A program made the position numbers and the translations under genes. From a virus (Duplodnaviria; Caudoviricetes), in IMG/VR virus record IMGVR_UViG_3300033074_001257, positions 1 to 64,000 of that record: a stretch of DNA of 64,000 nucleotides. One strand, 5' to 3'. The notes beneath the pieces were generated by a model that saw only the letters and a list, made by a program, of their open reading frames with translations, did no database searches and had not been told where the DNA came from. This document shows, one piece after another, positions 34,955-45,795 of the stretch (position 1 is its first letter; every line of letters starts with the position of its first letter).

Positions 34955-36334
34955 ATGAAAAACCCCTACACGATGCCCCTGTCGTCTGAATTGCTGTTTG
35001 ACATTGAATCGTCAATCCCAGACAACATCAGAACCAATTACCCGATCTTTATCGACTTCATCATGCACTACTACAAAACCCTGTATGAGAGCGACGCTTA
35101 TGCGATGCTGAGCAAGTATCGCCAATTCATCACATCCATGGAAGATTCACAGGCAGCACTTGATCTTGTCATGGGTGACCTTGGGTTCAATTTCAAACTG
35201 AACAAAAACATCAGCGCCAACGTGGCGCTTGTTTTGCTGAATGAACTGAAGCGCACGCGCGGCAGCGAAAACTCAATAAAGTTGTTCTTCAGACTCGCGC
35301 ACGACACCGACGTTGTGGTGGACACACCCAAGAACAGTTTGTCAAAACTAAGCGACGCGCCGGCTGTGATTGTTCACAGCACACTGCTTAAGGTGGTTGA
35401 CTTCGTGACAGAAGAACCGCGCCGCTTCACAAGCTACGAGTCGCGCTTGAATTGTTCAATTGACGACACGGTGCCCTTTTTCAAGGACGGTGAACTGTAC
35501 GTCTATGTCACCTACACGGGCGACGAGCACGCACTTAAATTGAATGAGCGCGTGGACTTGGTGAGTGAAAGCGAACGAGCTTCAGCGTCGGTCGTCGTGG
35601 GGTTTGACGAGCCTGTAATTGAGAACGGCGGAAAGTTTTACGCAGTGGGCGATCGCTTTGTGGCGACCGACGCTTTGCTGGCCGGTGAGTACGAAGTCAC
35701 CGACGTCAACTACGGTTCAATCTTTACAGTTGACGTCGAAGTTCCCGGTGAAGGCTATGCGGTGGGCGATCGTGTGTTTGCTAAACCCAACGGCGGTTTC
35801 AGTGGGCGCGTGAGTGAGGTTGATGGCGTGGGCGGCATCGTTTCCGTTCACGTCGATCACGTGGGCAACAACTTCAAAGACGAACCCACTTTGTTTGCTA
35901 AGAGCGGCAACGGCAACGGCGCAGTTCTGAAGTGCGGCAACCACAACATCGGCACCATCAAAAAGTTCAAGACGCTGATGCCGTCGATGGGCGTCAACAA
36001 CCCAAGTGACGTCGCTTGCGTTCGCCACTTCACCGAAAAAGGACAAGGTGCAGTCATTCAATTTGAAAAGACGCCGTTCGTCACGAAACGCGATACCCTA
36101 GACAGCAGACATTTGCTTGAAGTTAGCTGCCACTTGGTGGACAGCCGGCTCCTACACGATTACTCGTATAGCTTGACCACCGAAGCAAAATACGACACTT
36201 TCGCAGAAGATTATGAAAGGTATTTGGCACGCATGGGTTACAACTACGTTCACATCAGACCAATTTGGTGCGAGTTTAATAGTACCAGTGAATCTGTAAC
36301 GGCAGTGAAATGTGATGGAGCGGATATTAATTGA
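34955..36334 (+). CDS. Baseplate wedge protein (gp7-like)
   Basis: IPDNIRTNYPIFIDFI.HYY, RGSENSIKLFFR, DS..LHDYSY; between gp6 and gp8. Confidence 0.7.
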   Translation: MKNPYTMPLSSELLFDIESSIPDNIRTNYPIFIDFIMHYYKTLYESDAYAMLSKYRQFITSMEDSQAALDLVMGDLGFNFKLNKNISANVALVLLNELKRTRGSENSIKLFFRLAHDTDVVVDTPKNSLSKLSDAPAVIVHSTLLKVVDFVTEEPRRFTSYESRLNCSIDDTVPFFKDGELYVYVTYTGDEHALKLNERVDLVSESERASASVVVGFDEPVIENGGKFYAVGDRFVATDALLAGEYEVTDVNYGSIFTVDVEVPGEGYAVGDRVFAKPNGGFSGRVSEVDGVGGIVSVHVDHVGNNFKDEPTLFAKSGNGNGAVLKCGNHNIGTIKKFKTLMPSMGVNNPSDVACVRHFTEKGQGAVIQFEKTPFVTKRDTLDSRHLLEVSCHLVDSRLLHDYSYSLTTEAKYDTFAEDYERYLARMGYNYVHIRPIWCEFNSTSESVTAVKCDGADIN

Positions 36335-37406
36335 TTCAATTCTAAACAACAGTGCGGTCACTGTTTATCTCGGACACAGCAGTGGCGGCACTTTTGACAC
36401 CCACAACATCAAGTATGATGCGCCCATCAGCAACGTCACGAAGTCAATTGCCGTAGACATCAATCGCTACACGGCAAACGACATTCTGAACACTTACCCA
36501 AGTGAAAAGTCCTATTACCTGTCTGGCGATGACATCTACATTTGCTTGTCCAACAACGGCGGCAGCCCATCAACAGAAGCTCCGCACTCAAAATCAAAGC
36601 TGAACATCAAGACAGACGATGGATACGTTTGGCGCTACCTGTGCAGTGTGTACGCAAGAAGCGAATTGAAGTATCTGCGGCTGCCGCGAAGCACTGGAAC
36701 TGTACCCATCAAAACCCCCATCGCTTCACTCGTCGCGCAACCGAGCACCCTGAACTTCACAAACACACTGCGACACGTGGTTTATAGTCAATACGGCCGC
36801 AATGCCACATTCGTATATGACGAGGGCAGCGACGGCAAAGTCAAGAACATCACAGTCGCTTTGGGCGGCAGCGATTATCGAAACCGTGATGTTTTTCTGA
36901 TTAGCGACAACATGGAAACCCCACACACCCTGCCCACTTTCACCACAAGTCTCAATGAAGGTTCGATTGACGCAACGCTGCTAAACGGCGGCAGCGGCTT
37001 GAGTGAGTGCAAGATCCACGTGGTGGGTGACGGCACCGGCGCTTCTGTCACTGCCACGCTGGTCGGCAGTTCAGTTGGCACCATCAACGTCACGCCCGGC
37101 AGCGGCTACACGTGGTTCAAGTTGGTGCCGGCACCGTCCATCAACTCATTTGCCACCCACGTCATCACGGAACCCAAGAACGGAATCGGGTTTAATATCA
37201 TCGACGATGTGAAGCCACTGAAGCTATTGTTCACTGTATTCCTTGATAAAGTCACAGACGGCGACATCTTGAACTTTGCCGCAATCGGCAACAAGCGCAA
37301 GAACGACAGTGAGAACCCAGAGATTTATAGCGTGGCGTGGTTTGATGATGTGGTGCTAGATGCACAGTCACAGAACCAACTCAAAATCATCATTTCAGGA
37401 GAGTAA
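36315..37406 (+). CDS. gp8: Baseplate wedge subunit gp8
   Basis: YY...DIYICLSNNGG.PST..P, TDDGYVWRYL, Q.NQLKIII. Confidence 0.8.
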   Translation: MERILIDSILNNSAVTVYLGHSSGGTFDTHNIKYDAPISNVTKSIAVDINRYTANDILNTYPSEKSYYLSGDDIYICLSNNGGSPSTEAPHSKSKLNIKTDDGYVWRYLCSVYARSELKYLRLPRSTGTVPIKTPIASLVAQPSTLNFTNTLRHVVYSQYGRNATFVYDEGSDGKVKNITVALGGSDYRNRDVFLISDNMETPHTLPTFTTSLNEGSIDATLLNGGSGLSECKIHVVGDGTGASVTATLVGSSVGTINVTPGSGYTWFKLVPAPSINSFATHVITEPKNGIGFNIIDDVKPLKLLFTVFLDKVTDGDILNFAAIGNKRKNDSENPEIYSVAWFDDVVLDAQSQNQLKIIISGE

Positions 37407-37407
37407 C

Positions 37408-40400
37408 GTGGAATTCAATAGCGCACCCTACTTCGACGATCATGATTTCACGAAGAACTACAAGAAAATTCTGTTCAAGGCGGGTGCCGCAATCCAGGCG
37501 CGTGAGCTCAACCAGATCCAGTCCATCTTTCAAAGTGAGATTGGCACGTTCGCCGACCACATGTTCAAGAACGGTTCGAAGATTTCAAACTGCCGCACCG
37601 CATTCACGCGAAAGTCTTACGTTCGCGTTGAAGCCAACGACATTGACGGCAACGCGATCATTGAACCCCAGGGCATCATTCGCGTGTTTGGCGTGACGTC
37701 AAAGGTTGAAGCCACCTACAGTGGATTTGCACGCGCAAGCGACAGCGACCCTGACACCCTGTTCGTGCAGTACACTAAGGCGGGCGGCGACAACGGCGAC
37801 GTCAAGACGTTCTTGCACGGTGAGCATCTGCAAATTTGTGATGAGTTTGGTAACATCCTGTACACCTGGACAGTTCGCTGCCCAACTTGCGTCAATTCAA
37901 CGTCCGTGGGTGAAATTTCGCCCACAGGCGAGACCATGTTCTACACGATTGACGAGGGCGTGATTTACTACAACCAGATGTTCATTGCGGTCAAGCGTCA
38001 AGAGATCATCATCACCAAATACATGACGTTTGATGCTAACAACATTCCACTTGAGCCCCGTAGTTTTAAAGTGGGTCTTGATTTCATCGACAGTGTCGTG
38101 ACGGTGGCCCAGGACGAGTCGCTGTACGACAACTCACTCGGGTGGCCCAACGAGGGCGCACCGGGCGCCGACAGGTATTTCGTTGAACTGAAGCTCGTGC
38201 AGCGTTCATACGACGACGATGACGGTGAGCGTTTTATCCTGCTGGCCAAAGTCCAGCCCAACTACCGAGTGACGTTTTCACGAGAAGATGTTGAGTACGG
38301 CAACATCATGCGCGAGATGGCACGACGAACGTACGAGACCAATGGAAACTTCACGGTGGCACCTTTTACGGCGACGTTCTTAGAAGCGCGTAAACGCCAC
38401 GAGAGTGACAGTCTCGGGTATATGCTGAACGGACGTGAAGATCAGATCGTCGCCGAAGTCAATCCAGGTATCGCTTACGTTAGCGGATACCGCGTCAGTG
38501 AGAGCGATAAAGTCGCCATCATGATTGACAAAGCACGCGACACCGCAAAGCGCCGACACCAAACCACGCGACTGATGCCGTTTCGCTATATTGAGGTGGA
38601 TGTTGTAAGCAACGACTTGTTGGTCAGTGGCGCTGCCAGCAACGACATCCTAGATCAAACGCTGCTGACCGCCTACGACAATTACGACACGGCCACCAAC
38701 CAGCCCAGCGGCAACGTGGTGGGCACGCTTAAGGTGATCGACCAGCAGCGGTTAAACAGCAATCGCTTCGCCCTGTACCTGTATGAAATCAACATGAACG
38801 CCGGCAAGCAGATCAGCGACATTCGCGGCGTCAAGACTTCAAATAATCGCTTCGTGGCAAAAGCGATCTTGACCGACGGCAAGTGTGTTCTGAACAACGC
38901 CGACAAAGACAGCCTGCTTTATAGCATGGGCAGTGATCTCGTGGTGAAGTCACAGCGTTCAATCGACGACAGCACGCGCGGCAGCATCCAAGTCCAACTG
39001 CGGCGGAAGTACAAAGGCACAGCAGACGCTGCCGGCGTGATCACATTCACAAGCACGCCCCTTGAATCATTCCAAGCGCACAACGACAGCAACAACTTCC
39101 TGAACGTGGACGGCGTCACAGTCGCACTCACACCGTCGCAAATCAGTGTCGTGGACAACACACTGATGATCACCGGCTTGACTCCGCACGCGACTGTCGT
39201 CTATCACGCCACGGTTGAAAAGTACAACCAGACGGAAAAGACCAAAACGCTGGTCACGTCCACAGTGACATTCCCATACGACGACACCAAGAACATCGGT
39301 GACGCCATTAACTTGCAAAAGGCTGACGTGTTCAAAATCAAGTCAATTAGCTTGATTGAAGACAACAATGTGAACTTTGTTCCGATTGATGTGATGGATC
39401 AGTTCAAGCACGTCAGAGGCGACACGCCTTTCTATTACGGTGTGGACACTTTGCAGCGCGTGAAAACGCACGGACCGCTCACTGGAAGCTTTTCACTGCG
39501 GGTGACGTTTGACTACTTCGACCACAGCGGCGCCCAGGGCTATTTCACGATCGACAGCTACATGAGTTTGGTTGAACAAAACATCATCACCTACAGCGAA
39601 CTCATGGAATACGTCATTTTCCAAAATGACCAGTTTAAGGCGGACGTGACTTTCGTTGACTTTAGGCCCCTCTACATCAACGGACAATTTACGTCTGTTA
39701 GCGTTCCGCTCCAAGGCAGCTCGTTCGTCAGTGACATCGAATACTACTTGGGTCGCGCTGACCTCATGCAAATCACGAAAGACCAGAAGATCACAGTGAA
39801 GCGTGGCGTGCCGGCAATCAATCCGACGCCGCCGGTGGTAGATGAGGGCGCGATGGCGCTTTATGAGATCTACTTGGGTGCCTTCACTTTTAGCGCCGCA
39901 AACAGCGTCCGGACGAAGTTTATCGACAACCGCCGCTTCACCATGAAGCAGATTGCCGCGTTTGATAACCGCATCAGCAAACTTGAATATTACACAGCAC
40001 TGAACGCCCTTGAAAGCGACACTGTCAACATGTCCATCACAGACGAGAATGGCCTAAATCGGTACAAGAACGGATTCATCGTTGATGGGTTCAAGAACTT
40101 CCAAGCCTGTGACATCACCTACAGCGAATATGCCTCTTGCATCGACCGCGAGCGCGGTGAAATGCGACCGCCGTTTGCCATGTACCACCAGCCCATGGCA
40201 CTAAACGCCCAAAAGTCACAAAACATTCGGGTGTTTGGTGGCATCGCTTTGGGCGATTACGATGAGGTTGAATTCAGCGGCAACCCCTACGCCACAAAGA
40301 CAGTGAGCATCAACCCATACCTCGTTCCTGTTCGCAAGGGCACTCTCGTGCTAACACCCAACGTTGACACTTGGAGCGACACCCAGAAGCTGCCGCACAT

Positions 40401-43400
40401 TGTTTCAAACATCGACGCGGGTGTCGATGCCCTGCGGCGCGTAGCCAACACGCAAAACCTGATGCAGAGCGATTGGTCACAGTGGGTTGACGTCAACACG
40501 ACCACGCTACGCGAGGACACTACCGGCAAGGATGAGGTTTCTGACACTCGTGTCCTGGGCAACAAAAACTCCATCGTAACCACAACGTCCGTCACGTCGC
40601 AATCGCGTTCACGAACCACAACTACCATTGACTCGCGCACAGAAAAGTTCAGTGTGGACGACGTGGTGAAAGACGTGAAGATGATCCCCTATATGCGTGA
40701 GGCAGTGATTCGCTTTGCAGCCACGCACATGAAACCGCGATCGCAAGTCCACGCATTTTTCGATGGCGTCAATGTCGATCAATACTGCCGCCCGCTGGCA
40801 CAAGTTCCAAGCGGTGACCCAAGGTTGGCCATTGTCGGTTTGTCGCCGCTTGTCGTTGACGATAACGGTGAAGTCGTGGGCGAGTTCCATTTGCCCAACG
40901 GCGTGTTCTTCACCGGCGATCGCAAGTTCGTACTGATCGACAGTGAAAGTTTAACCGACGACACCAGCGCACACACGACATATGCCGAATCAGTTTACTT
41001 TGGCGGCGGCATTGCGCAAACAAAACAAAGTTCAACCCTGAACATCGTGACGCCGCTTGCGGTTCAGACGACTTACACAGACAACCGCACCGTGACCAAA
41101 GTCACCCGTGAACAAACCGTGGCGCTGCCGGTTACAGTGGTGATGCCGCCCGCTGCTGAAGTCAAAGCCGCACCCGTTGCGCCGCCACCCGCGCCCGTTC
41201 CTGCGACGGTGGTTGTTCCAGTACCGCCCCCGCCCGCACAAGATCCACAAGCCCCGCTGTGGGCTAACCTGGGTCCGTCGCAGAAGAAATACGAGAACGG
41301 CAGATGGGGAGTTTACTTCAACGGCGACTTCACGATGAGCGAACGCGAGTTCAAGTCACTTGAAGAAGGTGAATTCGACGCCTATGTTCAAACAAACGGC
41401 GAAGCGTTCTACAATCTGCGGTTTGGTTACTTCATCGCCGGTCGCGAAGATACCCAAAACGGTCGAGTGCGACGCAACAAGGTCGGTGACGATACTTGGT
41501 CGGTTAAAATCTCAGGCCCGCGACGGAACATGTACACTTATATCTCAGGCGCACCCACCCCAACTGCCGATTGGCTTGATGTGATCCAAAACGGCGCCAG
41601 CTGTCGCATCAAGCAAGCAGGTTCACCGTCTGAGAACTTCAGCACTTGGTATGAGAGCGGTCGCAAGGTGAACAACGCTTTCGCAAACATGGTACGCGAG
41701 GGCAACGCGCCGTTCTGGGTCTGGATCCAGCCTGACTTGTTGACAATGTCCGTCAACCTTAGCAACGGGTTCCGCGGACTCCGCTCAAGTGACCCGCTGG
41801 CACAAGCCTTCAAAGTAGACGAGTCGTGTTTCGTCACGCGAATTGATCTGTATTTCGCGTCGGTTGATACTGTCACGGGCGATAACGTGTGGGTTGAGAT
41901 TCGCGACATGGTGAACGGCTACCCGAGCAACAACGCACTTGCACGCAAAGTCTACAGCCCAAATATCCTGGCGAACTCGGTGAGCACAGACGGACGCACT
42001 GCATTCCCTGTGGTCTTTGACATCCCCGTCTTTGTCGACAAATCAAAATCGTATTGCTTTGTGGTGGGCGGCCACAGTCCAGATACCAGACTCTTCGTGT
42101 CGCGCCTGGGCGATAAGATCTTGGGCGGCAACGGCAAAGTGGTTGAGGAACCGCCCCTGTTGTGGACGTCGTTTCGCTCACTGAACGGCGAGACTTGGAC
42201 AGCCGAACAACTTGAATTCATCAAGCACACCCTGTACCAAGCACACTTCAAGTCGTTGACCACGAAGTTCACTTTTGAGAACGCAGGAACAGACGACGTT
42301 CTGCTGCCAGAAGATCCGATTGAATTTGAGCTTGGGACAAGTAAGGTTCGCGTGACCATTCCAGACCATGGGCTCAAAGTCAACGACACGTTCAAACTGA
42401 GTGTGTGTGACCGCCTGTCGTTCAATGTTCAGAACACCAACGACACGCCGCCACAGATCGGTCACATCTTCAAGACAGTACACGGCAACGGCACAGTTCA
42501 CACCGTTGAGCGCGTGGGCGTGAGCGGCGTCTATAAGATCACACTCACGAACGTAGTGGGCACGATTAACGCCGGCACCGCGTACCAGTGCGATGCCACA
42601 TACCGTGACCTGAACGACGACTTGCTTGACGTGCTGAACATCAACAAACCGCGGACGCTGCTTCTGGGTGAATCGCTGGGCACGGTCACGACATCCATCT
42701 ACGACAGTCTGTTGACCGGTGAGAAGATTGGCGGCGCCACGCTGGACAAGTTCAACACCACGCACCAAGTGAAATGGGTGGACAGTCCAGACTCGGTTAT
42801 CGTTGAAGTGGACTACACATTCAACGACGCCGCAGCACCCAACAAGGTGGGCGGTAAAGTGACCCGCGTGAAGGACGTGGCCCGCAAATACGACACATTC
42901 AACGTCTCGTGCGAGCACCTGGCTTACAACACGACGTCGGCTTTGACCATGGTCGGCTACAATGCCGCAACCGTGCAAGCGACAGCGCCACAGCCGATCT
43001 CACTCAACACAAACCACAACCTGCCGGCACCCAACGTCGTGTACAGCAACGGCGGTGAAGTGGCAGCGATCGGCACCAACAAGTCGCTCACCGTCACGAT
43101 GGAGTTTGCGTCGCAATCCAACCTGCTTTCGCCGGTAATCAATTGCGACACCGTATCCGCGACGCTGGTGTCAAATCGCTGCTATCCTTTCACGCCAGAC
43201 AAGATGAACGTCGCACCCAACGCTGCCAACCGCTTTGTTCCGCAAAGCGCAAACAACGCAAGCGGCAACCACAAATACTTCACGAACGACGTTCTGCTGA
43301 ACAACCCCGCAAGCGACCTCAAAATCTATTGCGACGTGTACAAAGATGTTGATGCTGACTTTGACATCTACGTGAAGGTCGCTGCGGCCGGTGATTTGAA

Positions 43401-43611
43401 CTACAGCAGCAAACCGTGGATCAAGCTGCCCACCAACAAAATCAACAGCAGGCACTTGAATGACTTCAACGAGTACACACTGTCGCTGAACAGTGCAAGC
43501 GGATACACGCCCATCGAATTCAACTGGTTCAAGGTCAAGTTCGTGAGCCACGCACTGAATTCAAGCAAACCCGTCATTGTCAAGAACCTGAGGTGTGTTG
43601 CGGTGACCTGA
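37408..43611 (+). CDS. Large VrlC/DUF4815-like virion structural protein (~2,067 aa)
   Basis: PYFDD...NY.KILFKAG..IQARELNQIQSI, GAPGADRY, RRTYETNGNF, NRYKNGFIVDGF, DPLAQAF; GTG start. Confidence 0.85.
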   Translation: MEFNSAPYFDDHDFTKNYKKILFKAGAAIQARELNQIQSIFQSEIGTFADHMFKNGSKISNCRTAFTRKSYVRVEANDIDGNAIIEPQGIIRVFGVTSKVEATYSGFARASDSDPDTLFVQYTKAGGDNGDVKTFLHGEHLQICDEFGNILYTWTVRCPTCVNSTSVGEISPTGETMFYTIDEGVIYYNQMFIAVKRQEIIITKYMTFDANNIPLEPRSFKVGLDFIDSVVTVAQDESLYDNSLGWPNEGAPGADRYFVELKLVQRSYDDDDGERFILLAKVQPNYRVTFSREDVEYGNIMREMARRTYETNGNFTVAPFTATFLEARKRHESDSLGYMLNGREDQIVAEVNPGIAYVSGYRVSESDKVAIMIDKARDTAKRRHQTTRLMPFRYIEVDVVSNDLLVSGAASNDILDQTLLTAYDNYDTATNQPSGNVVGTLKVIDQQRLNSNRFALYLYEINMNAGKQISDIRGVKTSNNRFVAKAILTDGKCVLNNADKDSLLYSMGSDLVVKSQRSIDDSTRGSIQVQLRRKYKGTADAAGVITFTSTPLESFQAHNDSNNFLNVDGVTVALTPSQISVVDNTLMITGLTPHATVVYHATVEKYNQTEKTKTLVTSTVTFPYDDTKNIGDAINLQKADVFKIKSISLIEDNNVNFVPIDVMDQFKHVRGDTPFYYGVDTLQRVKTHGPLTGSFSLRVTFDYFDHSGAQGYFTIDSYMSLVEQNIITYSELMEYVIFQNDQFKADVTFVDFRPLYINGQFTSVSVPLQGSSFVSDIEYYLGRADLMQITKDQKITVKRGVPAINPTPPVVDEGAMALYEIYLGAFTFSAANSVRTKFIDNRRFTMKQIAAFDNRISKLEYYTALNALESDTVNMSITDENGLNRYKNGFIVDGFKNFQACDITYSEYASCIDRERGEMRPPFAMYHQPMALNAQKSQNIRVFGGIALGDYDEVEFSGNPYATKTVSINPYLVPVRKGTLVLTPNVDTWSDTQKLPHIVSNIDAGVDALRRVANTQNLMQSDWSQWVDVNTTTLREDTTGKDEVSDTRVLGNKNSIVTTTSVTSQSRSRTTTTIDSRTEKFSVDDVVKDVKMIPYMREAVIRFAATHMKPRSQVHAFFDGVNVDQYCRPLAQVPSGDPRLAIVGLSPLVVDDNGEVVGEFHLPNGVFFTGDRKFVLIDSESLTDDTSAHTTYAESVYFGGGIAQTKQSSTLNIVTPLAVQTTYTDNRTVTKVTREQTVALPVTVVMPPAAEVKAAPVAPPPAPVPATVVVPVPPPPAQDPQAPLWANLGPSQKKYENGRWGVYFNGDFTMSEREFKSLEEGEFDAYVQTNGEAFYNLRFGYFIAGREDTQNGRVRRNKVGDDTWSVKISGPRRNMYTYISGAPTPTADWLDVIQNGASCRIKQAGSPSENFSTWYESGRKVNNAFANMVREGNAPFWVWIQPDLLTMSVNLSNGFRGLRSSDPLAQAFKVDESCFVTRIDLYFASVDTVTGDNVWVEIRDMVNGYPSNNALARKVYSPNILANSVSTDGRTAFPVVFDIPVFVDKSKSYCFVVGGHSPDTRLFVSRLGDKILGGNGKVVEEPPLLWTSFRSLNGETWTAEQLEFIKHTLYQAHFKSLTTKFTFENAGTDDVLLPEDPIEFELGTSKVRVTIPDHGLKVNDTFKLSVCDRLSFNVQNTNDTPPQIGHIFKTVHGNGTVHTVERVGVSGVYKITLTNVVGTINAGTAYQCDATYRDLNDDLLDVLNINKPRTLLLGESLGTVTTSIYDSLLTGEKIGGATLDKFNTTHQVKWVDSPDSVIVEVDYTFNDAAAPNKVGGKVTRVKDVARKYDTFNVSCEHLAYNTTSALTMVGYNAATVQATAPQPISLNTNHNLPAPNVVYSNGGEVAAIGTNKSLTVTMEFASQSNLLSPVINCDTVSATLVSNRCYPFTPDKMNVAPNAANRFVPQSANNASGNHKYFTNDVLLNNPASDLKIYCDVYKDVDADFDIYVKVAAAGDLNYSSKPWIKLPTNKINSRHLNDFNEYTLSLNSASGYTPIEFNWFKVKFVSHALNSSKPVIVKNLRCVAVT

Positions 43612-43907
43612 TATCCACAGCACAAGCCAGCAACTTACAACAGGGTGACAGATGTTGCCCTTTTGTTTGGCTGTGCTTGCAATTGCCCAAAGCCAATCTC
43701 ACGCGCACAGCGGCGCATCAAAGCGAATTGTGGTAACAATGCACCACCGACGACAGTGATGCGCCTTAAACGCCACGAGATTGCCAGCAATCTACCCTGA
43801 GCACGCTCACGTGGCGTGTGTTTTCACCCAGCAGCAGCGCGACTGCTCAAAAACGCTGTCTCAAGGGTGCTAAACTACCTCACACAATTGAAGGGTAGAG
43901 GTTTCAC

Positions 43908-44378
43908 ATGTTCTCATTCACCGGAATGATGATTCTGCAATTCTTGATTGCCGTCACCGGGGTCTTCGCTTTGTGGTGCACCACAACCGAACGTCGCGGC
44001 TGGCGAGTGGCAGCGCCGGTGTCGGGTCTAACCAGTCAATTTTTCTGGGTTTGCAGCCTGTGGGGAACCGATCAGTACGGTCTGATGGTCATTTGCTTTG
44101 CTTACACATCCATTTGGATCTACGACGCCTATAGCCTCTACACTTCACTGAAAGAAAGTGCCGTGTACGATCAAATCATTCACGAGCGTCACAACGAAGC
44201 CAACCGAATTTTGAATGAGTATCGTGCAGTGAACGGCGAACCGCCCCTGCACTTCATGTTGGGTCTCAATCTTTTTGTAGATGGATCGCTCAACGGCGAC
44301 GAGTTCCTGCGGATGCTGAATGATCCCAACTACGCGACCGCCTATATGCTCGACCGCGTGGCAAGTGACTCAGTTTGA
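43908..44378 (+). CDS. Hypothetical membrane protein
   Basis: Three short hydrophobic segments in the N-terminal half; SD gagg; extended -10 (TGcTAAACT) upstream. Confidence 0.65.
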   Translation: MFSFTGMMILQFLIAVTGVFALWCTTTERRGWRVAAPVSGLTSQFFWVCSLWGTDQYGLMVICFAYTSIWIYDAYSLYTSLKESAVYDQIIHERHNEANRILNEYRAVNGEPPLHFMLGLNLFVDGSLNGDEFLRMLNDPNYATAYMLDRVASDSV

Positions 44379-44831
44379 TGGGCTGTAGCGTGATTTTAGG
44401 TCATTCACTGTCACTTCGTCGCAGTCAACCAACGTGTGAAGCTTCACATGCGTGTGGTGACATCGAAAGTTCATAATCTTGTTCAAAAAGACTTGCGGTT
44501 GCTCAAGCACTCGCAAGTCCATTTGCAGCCGCGTCTCAATGTAGTTTGATTGCCCTTTGCAGCTCGTGATGTACAAGATCGTTTTCTTAATCGCGGCGCC
44601 GCCCTTGACTTTCTCTTTGATGATTTCACTTGAACTGATGTAATTCTTCCAGTCGCTTTCACACTTGACCTTTTTAGCGACTTTGTTCTTGGTCACTGTC
44701 TTGGTGCCGTAGAATAATTTCTGACCCACATACAGCAAACCCTCGCACTCAATCAAGTACACGAAACCAAAGGCACCTTTGTACTGTGCAAGCTGTTCGC
44801 TCGTGAACGGTTGACCCTTAAATGACCACAT
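44370..44831 (-). CDS. GIY-YIG-like endonuclease
   Basis: FGFVYLI...YVGQK, ESDWKNY.SSS, NY.E..LQ, FLN. Confidence 0.75.
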   Translation of the reverse strand: MWSFKGQPFTSEQLAQYKGAFGFVYLIECEGLLYVGQKLFYGTKTVTKNKVAKKVKCESDWKNYISSSEIIKEKVKGGAAIKKTILYITSCKGQSNYIETRLQMDLRVLEQPQVFLNKIMNFRCHHTHVKLHTLVDCDEVTVNDLKSRYSPSN

Positions 44832-44841
44832 TGTGAAATCC

Positions 44842-45795
44842 TTACTTGAAACGGTTGATTACTTCGTTGCTGTCGCTGGACACGGCATACTTGTAAGCAA
44901 AGGTCACCGATTGGTTTAGAAACTGGTTGTCCCCGCTTGCCGTGAGCTCAAGTGCCGACACATTAACAGGAAACGCCTCAATAAGCACGAGTCGATAAAC
45001 GCCGCGCCCAGAAACATCTTCGATCAAAACTTCGATGTCACTGACGTACTCGTCATAGAAGTTCGCGGTGCCGTTGCTTTGGTTGAAGCAGATGTTCTGC
45101 CACAAGTCAAAGTATTTGCGAACGTCAACTTGACCGTTCATGAAAAACGAGACAGTGACGAGTTCATACTCAATCGCACCGCCCACAATCTTGAATGTCA
45201 GGTTGTTGTATTTCTGGCTCATGGTGGGCAGTGCCTTTGCCGGTACCATCAGCGTGTGAGCTTTCATTGAGACTGCTCGCTTGTCGTTGAACTGCTTTTC
45301 AATTTGCTTTGTTTTTGACACGCGAGAATCCATCACCCCAAGCGGCGCTTTGATCCCCTTGGGCAAGTGGAAATTGATCTCATAGCGGTTGGGTCGCGCC
45401 ACGCCACTGACGAGCGTGTTCATGAGCTCGTGGATGTTTGCTTTGCCGGTTGTCTTAAAGGGGTCAGTTGATCTTGTGCCCAGCCCATTCAGTAGATTTG
45501 AGAGGTTCACGATGGAGCCGTTTGTTAGCGCGTCCAGCGCACCCATCACCCCGCCTTCCTTGTACCCCGACACAACCCCACGAACAGTGCCCACGACATC
45601 ACCCACCGCACTTGACAGGTCGTCAATGCGCTGGAACTCGCGATCAATGTCGTCGCTGATTTGCGTGGCTTTGTCGCCAATCTTGGTCACTTCATCGGCA
45701 ACACGTTCAATCTCGCGATTGATCTTGTCGTTGAACGCGCCAATCTTGCCCGTCAGACTGCCCACCTTGCCCTCAAGTTTATCTAAGAAACTCAT
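44842..45795 (-). CDS. gp54: Baseplate tail tube initiator gp54-like (gp19 fold) with an N-terminal extension
   Basis: GVARPNRYEINF, FDLWQ, FYDEYV, EAFPVNVS. Confidence 0.75.
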   Translation of the reverse strand: MSFLDKLEGKVGSLTGKIGAFNDKINREIERVADEVTKIGDKATQISDDIDREFQRIDDLSSAVGDVVGTVRGVVSGYKEGGVMGALDALTNGSIVNLSNLLNGLGTRSTDPFKTTGKANIHELMNTLVSGVARPNRYEINFHLPKGIKAPLGVMDSRVSKTKQIEKQFNDKRAVSMKAHTLMVPAKALPTMSQKYNNLTFKIVGGAIEYELVTVSFFMNGQVDVRKYFDLWQNICFNQSNGTANFYDEYVSDIEVLIEDVSGRGVYRLVLIEAFPVNVSALELTASGDNQFLNQSVTFAYKYAVSSDSNEVINRFK

